From Fonticula alba ATCC 38817 (Eukaryota > Protista > Nucleariida): a stretch of DNA of 12,712 bases. The notes under the pieces were generated by a model that did no database searches, was not told the origin of the DNA, and saw nothing but the letters and a program-made list of their open reading frames with translations. Position numbers and translations under genes: made by a program. Where the stretch lies: assembly GCA_000388065.2 (NCBI GenBank), contig KB932213.1; one strand, 5' to 3'. Shown here in pieces: positions 1 through 8,052 of this stretch. Positions within the stretch are counted from its first letter, which is position 1, and each line of letters begins with the position of its first letter.

Positions 1-3000
1 CCCCCCCCAGACGGCACCTGTGCTCCCTGCCACAGCAACTGCCGTGAATGCACCGGCCCGAATTTTCATCACTGCACCGCCTGCCGACCGGGCTACTCCA
101 TTTTGTATGGCAATTGCGTGGTATACGATCTCCCTCAGCCGAACATTTGGCCGGGGCCCGGGTACGGCATACCGATTTTCTACTACCAAGCCTCGGAGAT
201 GGCCACTTTCGACGGTCTCAGCCAGGTGACCCTGGCCAGCTTCTCCTCGACCTTCGACAAGCCCTTCCTCCTCAATGACCTGCGAGCCTTTCAGCACCTT
301 CGCCGGGTGGACTTCTCCCCGGCCACTGGCCACCACATCGAGGGGCTCTTCATCCGAAATGACCAGCATCGCTTCGTCCGGGCCCTGCCGGTCCCCGGGT
401 CCGGACACTTCACCCTGCAGGCGGCCTCGGCCAGCTACGCCATGGAATTCGTCTTCCGCCGGCTGGACCAGTCGCTGGCCCTGTCCGTGGACAACATGAG
501 TGCGCAACTGCCCATGGGCAGCCACCAAGCCGGCACCCCCTCCGGCACCGGTCTCAACTTCGACCTCTTTCTGAAATACTACTACATGCAGTCGTCTGTG
601 GGCTTCGCCCGCCCGACCTTCGATGGCATGCTCGCCCTGCCGGCTGCCTTGTCCTCCAATCAGCCGCTGGTCCCGGCCAACATGTACCTGGCCTTCGGGG
701 TCTGGCATCCGGTGGACAATCGCCGGGGCCAGGACCGCTGGCTGGTGGCCGCCAAGAGCACCTTCGACAGCCTCACCTGCTCGTACCACTGGACTGGCAT
801 CGTGCCCGGCGGCCTCGAGTTCAGCTACCTCCTGCCGGACTTCCTGCCGGTGGACCTGCCGCCCGGGCTGACCATGCCCTGCGCCCAGCCGCACTCCCTG
901 CCGCAGGACCCGGCCGGCGTGCACCCGCCGCCGATGCTCCTCTCGGTNNNNNNNNNNNNNNNNNNNNNNNNNNNNNNNNNNNNNNNNNNNNNNNNNNNNN
1001 NNNNNNNNNNNNNNNNNNNNNNNNNNNNNNNNNNNNNNNNNNNNNNNNNNNNNNNNNNNNNNNNNNNNNNNNNNNNNNNNNNNNNNNNNNNNNNNNNNNN
1101 NNNNNNNNNNNNNNNNNNNNNNNNNNNNNNNNNNNNNNNNNNNNNNNNNNNNNNNNNNNNNNNNNNNNNNNNNNNNNNNNNNNNNNNNNNNNNNNNNNNN
1201 NNNNNNNNNNNNNNNNNNNNNNNNNNNNNNNNNNNNNNNNNNNNNNNNNNNNNNNNNNNNNNNNNNNNNNNNNNNNNNNNNNNNNNNNNNNNNNNNNNNN
1301 NNNNNNNNNNNNNNNNNNNNNNNNNNNNNNNNNNNNNNNNNNNNNNNNNNNNNNNNNNNNNNNNNNNNNNNNNNNNNNNNNNNNNNNNNNNNNNNNNNNN
1401 NNNNNNNNNNNNNNNNNNNNNNNNNNNNNNNNNNNNNNNNNNNNNNNNNNNNNNNNNNNNNNNNNNNNNNNNNNNNNNNNNNNNNNNNNNNNNNNNNNNN
1501 NNNNNNNNNNNNNNNNNNNNNNNNNNNNNNNNNNNNNNNNNNNNNNNNNNNNNNNNNNNNNNNNNNNNNNNNNNNNNNNNNNNNNNNNNNNNNNNNNNNN
1601 NNNNNNNNNNNNNNNNNNNNNNNNNNNNNNNNNNNNNNNNNNNNNNNNNNNNNNNNNNNNNNNNNNNNNNNNNNNNNNNNNNNNNNNNNNNNNNNNNNNN
1701 NNNNNNNNNNNNNNNNNNNNNNNNNNNNNNNNNNNNNNNNNNNNNNNNNNNNNNNNNNNNNNNNNNNNNNNNNNNNNNNNNNNNNNNNNNNNNNNNNNNN
1801 NNNNNNNNNNNNNNNNCCACCGACCAGTGCGTGTCCAGCTGCCCGGACGGCACCGGGCCCAACCTGGCGGCCGGCCGGTGCGACCCCTGCGGCAATGGGA
1901 CCTGCCTCCGGTGCGAGACGTCGGCCCCCGGTGCCCACTGCACGGCCTGCCCCCCGGGGGAGACCTACGAAAGGGACTCGCGCACGTGCAGCCCGTGCAG
2001 GGACCACTGCCTGGAATGCATGAGCCTAGACAGCGGCGCCTGCCTGGTGTGCGAGCCCGGCTACCACCTGCACCATGGCGACTGCCTGGCCGCCTGCCCG
2101 GATGGCTTGTATGCGCACAGCATCCCGGCCGGGTCGCAGCCCGGCGGCCGGCCGGCCACGACCACCTGCCAGCCCTGCCACCCGATGTGCGCCACGTGCA
2201 CCGGGCCCAAGGCCAGCCAGTGCACCAGGTGCTTCGATTACTCGGCCACCCTGACCCCCGGGGCCGAGCCGGCCTCCTGCGTCAACCCGGCCCTCGGGGC
2301 CGGCGCCTGCAGACCCCAGGCGCCGGGCTGCCAAATGTGCCACACCGTCTTTTCGTGGTATTGTCTGACCTGCCAGCCGGGCTTCCTCCTGACCTCAAAC
2401 TGGAAGTGCCTCCCGCCGGACCAGTGTCCGCCCGGGACCTTCGCCAACCCGGACGCCGGCACGTGCTCCGCCTGCTCCATGAACTGCTCTTCCTGCACGG
2501 CCGAGGCCCCGCACGTGTGCCTTGAGTGCGCTCCTACCGCCTCGGTCCACCTGGCTGGTGGGCTGTGCATCGCCAGCTGCCCGGAGGACGGGCACTTCCA
2601 ATGGTCCAATAATGGCAGCCCCATGTGCTCGGCCTGCTCCGAGGGGTGCAAGCTGTGCACGTCCGCCGACTGGTGCGACCTCTGCCAGGCCGGCTACATC
2701 CCGTACCAGGGGGCCTGCCTGCCGGAGGGCGCCTGCCCGGCCGGGACCTTCGCCAATGTCGGCACCTGCCGGGCATGTAGCGACGCATGCGCCACCTGCT
2801 TCGGCCCGGGGGCCGCCCACTGCACCGGCTGCCCGGCCGGCCGGGTCCTGTCCCTGGGCCAGTGCCTGGCCGCCTNNNNNNNNNNNNNNNNNNNNNNNNN
2901 NNNNNNNNNNNNNNNNNNNNNNNNNNNNNNNNNNNNNNNNNNNNNNNNNNNNNNNNNNNNNNNNNNNNNNNNNNNNNNNNNNNNNNNNNNNNNNNNNNNN

Positions 3001-4320
3001 NNNNNNNNNNNNNNNNNNNNNNNNNNNNNNNNNNNNNNNNNNNNNNNNNNNNNNNNNNNNNNNNNNNNNNNNNNNNNNNNNNNNNNNNNNNNNNNNNNNN
3101 NNNNNNNNNNNNNNNNNNNNNNNNNNNNNNNNNNNNNNNNNNNNNNNNNNNNNNNNNNNNNNNNNNNNNNNNNNNNNNNNNNNNNNNNNNNNNNNNNNNN
3201 NNNNNNNNNNNNNNNNNNNNNNNNNNNNNNNNNNNNNNNNNNNNNNNNNNNNNNNNNNNNNNNNNNNNNNNNNNNNNNNNNNNNNNNNNNNNNNNNNNNN
3301 NNNNNNNNNNNNNNNNNNNNNNNNNNNNNNNNNNNNNNNNNNNNNNNNNNNNNNNNNNNNNNNNNNNNNNNNNNNNNNNNNNNNNNNNNNGTCTGCGCCG
3401 GCTGCCACGAGACGTGCGCCGAGTGCGCGGGCCCGGCCGCGGCCCAGTGCACGGCCTGCTCGCCGGCCCGGCCGTTCCTCATCCCCGGCGCCGGCTGCCG
3501 GGCCACCTGCCCGAATGGCAGCTACCCCGAGGCCGGCGGGTCGTCTTGCGCGCCCTGCCACCCTGGCTGCGATGCCTGCACCGGGCCCGGTGAGGGCGAC
3601 TGCTCCACCCCGTTGCCGGGTGACGGCAGCAGCAGCGGCGGCAGCGGTGGCAGCGGCGGCAGCGGCGGTAGCGGCGGTAGCAGCGGTAGCAGCAGCGGCA
3701 GCAGCGGCAGCAGCGGTAGCGGCGATAGCAGCGGTAGCAGCAGCGGCAGCAGCGGCAGCAGCGGTAGCGGCGATAGCAGCAGCGGCAGCAGCGGCAGCAG
3801 TGGCAACAGCAGCAGTCACAGCAGTGGCAGCAGCGGCAGCAGTGGCAACAGCAGCAGCAGTCACAGCAGTGGCAACAGCGGCAGCAGTAGTGGCAACAGC
3901 AGCAGTCACAGCAGTGGCAGCAGCGGCAGCAGTGGCAACAGCAGCAGCAGTCACAGCAGTGGCAACAGCGGCAGCAGTGGCAGCAGTGGCAGCAACAGCG
4001 GCAGCAGCGGCAGCAGCGGCAGTCACAGCAATGGCAGCAGCGGCAGCAGCGGCAGCAGTGGCAGCAGTGGCAGTCACAGCAATGGCAGCAGCGGCAGCAG
4101 TGGCAACAGCGGCAGCAGCGGCAGCAGCGGCAGCAAGCCCTCCTCCGGCCGGAACAAGACCGCCCTGGCCATCGGCCTCGGGGTGGGCCTGTCCCTGTTG
4201 GTCATCATCGTCGTGGCCGCGGTGGCGGTGCTGTTCCTGCGGAAGGCCGCCTCCGGCCGCGGCGCTGACAAGCCCGCCATCGGCTTCGACTCCGTGGAGA
4301 TGGACATCATCGACGCCTGA
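1..4320 (+). CDS. 5'-partial type I membrane protein: furin-like (FU) Cys-rich repeats, globular domain shared with gene 2, Gly/Ser stalk, TM helix, short tail
   Basis: Frame 1 is open from base 1 (PPPDGTCAPCHSNCRECTGPNFHHCTACRPG), so the track's start at 103 (TTG) is internal. At least 10 C-x(3-6)-C-x2-C repeats are visible (e.g. CHPMCATCTGP, CSDACATCFGP, CHETCAECAGP). Strong G/C third positions. TGA at 4318-4320. Interrupted by two N-runs with the same frame on both sides. Bases 1-10 (C8AG) could instead be an intron 3' end. Confidence 0.88.
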   Translation, partial: PPPDGTCAPCHSNCRECTGPNFHHCTACRPGYSILYGNCVVYDLPQPNIWPGPGYGIPIFYYQASEMATFDGLSQVTLASFSSTFDKPFLLNDLRAFQHLRRVDFSPATGHHIEGLFIRNDQHRFVRALPVPGSGHFTLQAASASYAMEFVFRRLDQSLALSVDNMSAQLPMGSHQAGTPSGTGLNFDLFLKYYYMQSSVGFARPTFDGMLALPAALSSNQPLVPANMYLAFGVWHPVDNRRGQDRWLVAAKSTFDSLTCSYHWTGIVPGGLEFSYLLPDFLPVDLPPGLTMPCAQPHSLPQDPAGVHPPPMLLSXXXXXXXXXXXXXXXXXXXXXXXXXXXXXXXXXXXXXXXXXXXXXXXXXXXXXXXXXXXXXXXXXXXXXXXXXXXXXXXXXXXXXXXXXXXXXXXXXXXXXXXXXXXXXXXXXXXXXXXXXXXXXXXXXXXXXXXXXXXXXXXXXXXXXXXXXXXXXXXXXXXXXXXXXXXXXXXXXXXXXXXXXXXXXXXXXXXXXXXXXXXXXXXXXXXXXXXXXXXXXXXXXXXXXXXXXXXXXXXXXXXXXXXXXXXXXXXXXXXXXXXXXXXXXXXXXXXXXXXXXXXXXXXXXXXTDQCVSSCPDGTGPNLAAGRCDPCGNGTCLRCETSAPGAHCTACPPGETYERDSRTCSPCRDHCLECMSLDSGACLVCEPGYHLHHGDCLAACPDGLYAHSIPAGSQPGGRPATTTCQPCHPMCATCTGPKASQCTRCFDYSATLTPGAEPASCVNPALGAGACRPQAPGCQMCHTVFSWYCLTCQPGFLLTSNWKCLPPDQCPPGTFANPDAGTCSACSMNCSSCTAEAPHVCLECAPTASVHLAGGLCIASCPEDGHFQWSNNGSPMCSACSEGCKLCTSADWCDLCQAGYIPYQGACLPEGACPAGTFANVGTCRACSDACATCFGPGAAHCTGCPAGRVLSLGQCLAAXXXXXXXXXXXXXXXXXXXXXXXXXXXXXXXXXXXXXXXXXXXXXXXXXXXXXXXXXXXXXXXXXXXXXXXXXXXXXXXXXXXXXXXXXXXXXXXXXXXXXXXXXXXXXXXXXXXXXXXXXXXXXXXXXXXXXXXXXXXXXXXXXXXXXXXXXXXXXXXXXXXXXXXXXXXXVCAGCHETCAECAGPAAAQCTACSPARPFLIPGAGCRATCPNGSYPEAGGSSCAPCHPGCDACTGPGEGDCSTPLPGDGSSSGGSGGSGGSGGSGGSSGSSSGSSGSSGSGDSSGSSSGSSGSSGSGDSSSGSSGSSGNSSSHSSGSSGSSGNSSSSHSSGNSGSSSGNSSSHSSGSSGSSGNSSSSHSSGNSGSSGSSGSNSGSSGSSGSHSNGSSGSSGSSGSSGSHSNGSSGSSGNSGSSGSSGSKPSSGRNKTALAIGLGVGLSLLVIIVVAAVAVLFLRKAASGRGADKPAIGFDSVEMDIIDA
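49..947 (+). repeat. Paralogous segment, copy 1 (FU repeat end plus globular domain), homologous to 9275-10179
   Basis: Manual alignment: shared NDLRAF.HLRR.DFSPA, PVPGSGHFTLQ, VFRRL, FARPT, WHPVDNRRGQDRWL, KSTFDS, CSYHWT, MPCAQPHSLPQDPAGVHPPPMLLS. Offset is 9226 up to base 324, then 9232. Confidence 0.97.
948..1816. other. N-run (869 nt), assembly gap or mask inside gene 1
   Basis: Ns in the sequence. Confidence 1.
2876..3390. other. N-run (515 nt) inside the FU repeat array of gene 1
   Basis: Ns in the sequence. Confidence 1.
3625..4134 (+). repeat. Coding AGC/GGC-type triplet repeat, 170-codon Gly/Ser stalk with nested tandem duplications
   Basis: Only AGC, AGT, GGC, GGT, AAC, AAT, GAT and CAC codons are used. 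Perfect 48-nt duplication (3679-3726 = 3727-3774) and perfect 90-nt duplication (3799-3888 = 3889-3978). Confidence 0.97.
4162..4239 (+). other. Transmembrane helix of gene 1 (ALAIGLGVGLSLLVIIVVAAVAVLFL)
   Basis: 26 uncharged, mostly hydrophobic residues followed by RK (positive-inside rule), then a 26-aa tail to the stop. Confidence 0.92.
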
Positions 4321-4965
4321 TTCCCCCCGGGAGATAGCCCCGGCGCATGTGTACATGTGGAGCCATGGTGGCACACGGTGGGGAAAAAAAAACCGGTGTG
4401 CCGCCGCGCAAGGACACCAGACTCAGGACTCCTTGCGCGGGGGCGCATCGCGTGAAATACACTCCACCCATCAGAGCGCCGCATCCCTCGCGTAGGTGGT
4501 TGAACTTGGCCGGTTTTTCTCTCTGATCATGGGACGGTGGGGCGAGCGGGGGGGGGGGGGAAGGGGGGACTCTCCGATGCACACCACTTCCCAAGGGAGC
4601 ACGCACACCATTCACCTCTCCCGGCCGACGGGGGGAAGAGGGCAGCGGCTGGGACAGGGCCTCCCCTAAGGCGAAGGTTGGCACCCTGTCCGCCCCCCCC
4701 CCTCCCCTCCCAGACCCAGGAAGCCAGCTCCGAGCCCTGCTCCCGCGGACCCGCCCCCCGGATCGATGGTCCTAGCGCGCACGCGTGCCCGCGCAGCCGG
4801 GCATATGGGGCCCGTGCGCCAGGTCCAACGCCGGTCCGGCTTGCATCCGGCCGGGCGAGCCGCCTCCATCAGATCGCCCCCCGGCGCCGGGGCCACCGCC
4901 GGGCAAGGGCCTATGCGGGGATGCACCGAGGATGGGGCCCGACAGGCCCCCGTATGAGGCCCCCG

Positions 4966-4988
4966 CCCCCCCCCCCCCCCCCCCCCCC
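4966..4988 (+). repeat. C23 homopolymer, the longest of many G/C runs in the spacer
   Basis: Direct count. Others: G13 4548-4560, C10 4693-4702, C11 5494-5504, G10 6529-6538, G9 6655-6663, G11 6974-6984, C14 7145-7158. Confidence 0.95.
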
Positions 4989-5057
4989 AGAATCAGGCTC
5001 CCTCGCAAGGCCACCACACCCCGGGTCAAATCCACCGCACGAAGATACACACTTCCA

Positions 5058-5065
5058 TATAAAAA
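5058..5065 (+). promoter_or_regulatory. TATA-like element (TATAAAAA) with no obvious downstream gene
   Basis: Matches TATAWAWR in a very GC-rich background. Function unsupported. Confidence 0.3.
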
Positions 5066-5068
5066 TGT

Positions 5069-5098
5069 ACACACACACACACACGCGCGCGCGCGCGC
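5069..5098 (+). repeat. Compound dinucleotide microsatellite (AC)8(GC)7
   Basis: Direct reading. Confidence 0.95.
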
Positions 5099-6212
5099 TC
5101 GCAGACACGTTCAAACTCGCGCGGACGTACGGCATCGGCCCTGACACACCCCGTGGCTGTGCTCGGCCCGGGCCAACGCGAGCAAGGCCCGCTGGCGACC
5201 TCGGCAGACTCGCTGGGCCGGAACGCTTGTCAGCCGCAAACCGCGCGCATGCCGGCTGCCCGTGATACGGTCGGGCATCTCGAACTCGGACTCCCGCCCG
5301 GAGGCCTGCCGGGCAAGCTGACTGCCGAGTGGCCCCCAATCCCGGACGAGGCCGAGAGGCGGACGCAGGTGCAGGGCGACAGCTGCCGAGGGCGGCAGAT
5401 GAAGCGATGCGCACGCGCGAGGTTCCCGCACGCCCGTCCCTTGACCGGGCGCCCAAAGCCAAAAGCGGGCCCAAGGGTACTTGTCGCTCGCCGCCCCCCC
5501 CCCCTCCCAGCCTTCTCGACGACCAGAGCCGCAGCCAATGGCACCTAGGTACCCGGGGGGGCGTCCAGGTGGTATATGGCACACGCACGATGAGCGCTGG
5601 TCTCAGCCTCCCGGCCGGTCACCGCGGTGAGGCGCGCATGCCCGGCTGCTGTCGCCGCGGTCGAGGCCCCTTGGCCGGGGCTGGCGAATCCCGGGGCCCG
5701 GCTGGCGTCTCGGCCAGCAGCCCGACGCCCCCGGCGGCCAAGGACCACCAACACAGGAGGGCGGCCTGGCGAAGGGCAGGCGGCCGGGCCACACGGCTCC
5801 CCGGGTGGGAGAACAACAAGCAGAGACCGCCCCTCAAGAGACCACTGGCCCCGATCATGGGAGGGGGGGGCTGGAGCCACGACGCTGGGACCTTGGGGCC
5901 CGTCTGCCTTGCTCCCCTGTGAGGACGGTAGAAGCACGGCAGCCCCTTGTGGGGTGACCGCGCGAGGGACCGCAAATCCATTGGGCTCGAGGGCCACAGC
6001 AGGGGAGGCGGAGGGGCGCCGTGCCGAGGCGGGTCAGCGACTCAAGTCGCGGGCGCCTGGCATAAAGGGAAGGGCCATCCGCCAAGACAGCAACCGAGCG
6101 CGACGAGCCAAGGCAAGTCCCGGAGGAGGGACGGCCGGGGGCGCGGCCCTGGCGGGGCCTCGCGGCCCAACGCGGTGCCTACAAAAGCCCGTCGCGCCTC
6201 CCCGGATGACAT

Positions 6213-6285
6213 GCCTGTTTAGCTCAGTTGGTAGAGCATGGGACTCTTAATCCCAGGGTCGTGGGTTCGAGCCCCACAGTGGGCT
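6213..6285 (+). tRNA. trnK: tRNA-Lys, anticodon CTT, intronless, no encoded CCA
   Basis: Full cloverleaf: acceptor GCCTGTT/AGTGGGC, D stem GCTC/GAGC, anticodon stem TGGGA/TCCCA with loop CTCTTAA (CTT at 6246-6248), T arm GTGGG-TTCGAGC-CCCAC. Internal A and B boxes intact. Confidence 0.97.
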
Positions 6286-6289
6286 TCTC

Positions 6290-6303
6290 TTTTGGCGGTT
6301 TTT
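6290..6303 (+). terminator. Pol III oligo-T terminators (T4 6290-6293, T5 6299-6303)
   Basis: T-runs immediately 3' of the tRNA. Confidence 0.75.
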
Positions 6304-6580
6304 GGCCGCGCAGCAAAAACTGAAATGCCCCTGGGGCCGCCCCCCATTTTGATCGTGGGCCAGGGGGCTGGGCCGAGCGCGCGGGCGCCGTGGCACGTGC
6401 GCGCCCGCTCCCTGGCGCCCGAGTCACGGGCCATGCCGCTGTCTATCACGCGGTGCACCGGCCATGAACACCGCCCCCGCGGTCCTGCGCCATTCCCATC
6501 GCCTCGCCCCCCCCACACAGGCCGAGAAGGGGGGGGGGTGCTGGGCCTCCGGGAGCCGCCCCCCGTGGCACCAGAGCTGC

Positions 6581-6604
6581 GCCCGCCCGCCCGCCCGCCC
6601 GCCC
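6581..6604 (+). repeat. (GCCC)6 tetranucleotide repeat
   Basis: Direct reading. Confidence 0.9.
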
Positions 6605-7668
6605 TCCCAGCCGCCCGCCCGAATGGCCCCTCTGTCGGGCGGCATTTGTGTGGTGGGGGGGGGAGCCTCTCCAATCGACACGCTTCATGACCCCCGGGGC
6701 CTTGCCGCTGCCGCCCCGGTGGCATGGGGTTGACTCGCGCGGGGACCCCCGGCGCCCGGGACCCACTACAATGGTCGCCAACCCCCTCCCCAGCCCGCCC
6801 GAAGGAGGGACACGCCCCAGCCACATGTCCCTCTCCTCCCCCGATCGCCCACGCCCGGCGCGCAGCACGAGCCCGGCGACCAGGCTCCAATGAACTTGGA
6901 TTATATTAAATCTCGTTTTTCGTGTGGGGTTCCCATCCCCTGCCCCACGCGTGCTGGCCATTCATCTGACCGCGGGGGGGGGGGCCCCGCGCGAAGGCCC
7001 GGTGTTGGCGTTCGCCCCCCCACGAACCGCGATGCCCCCGGCCCGGCCCCCGTATTTAAAGCGTGTCTCCCCTTTCGACAGAGGGGGGAGAGGGTACGCG
7101 GGCCGCCTTCTTCGCGCCATCCATGCTGTCCAGGGGTGATGGAACCCCCCCCCCCCCCATCAAAGTTCAGGGGCTTTCCCATGCCCGGTCCCCACACTCC
7201 GGTCGCACTTCCGGGCCACACGCCCGGGTCCCTTGGGCCGGGTGGTCTGCCCGCCGCGGCCCACGGCACAGACGTCCGCCCCGCGCGTGTCTCGGTGTGT
7301 GGCGGCGGCGGCATGGGCCCGCGGACACAAGAGGAGGTGGGCCCGCCCGGGGTGGGCGGATTTCGGCCGACGATCCTGGCGGGCTCCTCGGCACACGACG
7401 CGCGTTCCCGGCCGGTGGCGGGCCCCCGAACAGCGGGCAAGCAGCACCTCGATCCGAGGAGGTTTCCCCCCGGGTGTCTGTCCTTCTGGCTCGCGCGCCC
7501 CGTCTGCGCCCATCGGGCCGGCCCTGCACGCGTGCCGCCTTCCCCTGCCCCCGCCCCCGCTCCTGTCCCCGGCCATGCTTCTCCCTCCTCCTCTCTCCCG
7601 CCCTCCCCATGGAGACAAGCTCGCATGGTCAGGCCAGTGCTGGCGCTGCCGATGTTGCCGATGTTGCG

Positions 7669-7692
7669 GCAGCAGCAGCAGCAGCAGCAGCA
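7669..7692 (+). repeat. (GCA)8 trinucleotide microsatellite, probably non-coding
   Basis: Direct reading. Confidence 0.9.
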
Positions 7693-7854
7693 ACAGCTGA
7701 CGCTGGCGCCGTACTCCCGAAGGCTGGCCGTGCTTCGCACAAGGATAGGCCGCTCTGATGGCCCAACGCCACCGGGGCCAGGGCTGCGAGCAAGCCACAC
7801 AGCCCACTTGGGCCTTTCCCCCTCGGCCCCCCACGTCGGACTCCCCTGCTGCCA

Positions 7855-7862
7855 TATATAAA
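7855..7862 (+). promoter_or_regulatory. Candidate TATA box of gene 2 (TATATAAA)
   Basis: Perfect TATAWAWR match about 210 nt upstream of ATG 8069, in a GC-rich region where AT islands are rare. Confidence 0.55.
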
Positions 7863-7939
7863 AAGACATGCCTGAATGTGCGGCCGTCATCCATATGCCC
7901 TCCATCATCCCCTGCCTATCGCCCCTCTTCCTCAAGCAA

Positions 7940-7940
<1 letters not shown>

Positions 7941-8035
<95 letters not shown>

Positions 8036-8052
8036 CACACGCACGCACGCAC
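7941..8052 (+). repeat. (GCAC)n tetranucleotide microsatellite, 28 units (24 perfect, one ACAC, 3 more)
   Basis: Direct count. It explains the THAR/RACV runs in the ORF track. Confidence 0.98.

Noticed and set aside
103-105. ORF-track start of gene 1 at 103
   Set aside because: It is a TTG (Leu) inside an FU repeat. The frame is open from base 1 and there is no signal peptide.
691-947. Diversity-generating retroelement (TR/VR pair) as the cause of the variable blocks
   Set aside because: No reverse transcriptase in the window, differences are not restricted to adenines, and both copies are in-frame coding parts of genes
260-947. CRISPR-like array of conserved and variable blocks
   Set aside because: The conserved blocks differ from one another, are protein-coding and there are no cas genes
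1817-3600. Naming gene 1 as furin/PCSK5 or a receptor kinase
   Set aside because: Only the Cys-rich repeats are shared. No subtilase domain is visible and the 26-aa tail has no kinase.
2395-4495. Long poly-Ala/Thr and poly-Leu/Pro ORFs (2395-4374 minus, 2522-4495 plus, 3522-3806 minus, 4074-4484 minus)
   Set aside because: Alternative-frame readouts of the AGC/GGC repeat and GC-rich coding DNA, which lack stops
4321-6200. snRNA, SRP or 5S RNA genes in the spacer; canonical AATAAA after gene 1
   Set aside because: No recognisable U1/U2/U5/U6 or SRP signature by eye, and only an A9 run (4384-4392) follows the stop. An Infernal/Rfam scan would be needed to exclude them.
4501-6899. Repeated short words TGAACTTGG (4501, 6891) and GATCATGGGA (4525, 5853)
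   Set aside because: Many 9-10-mer coincidences are expected by chance in 3.7 kb of biased sequence
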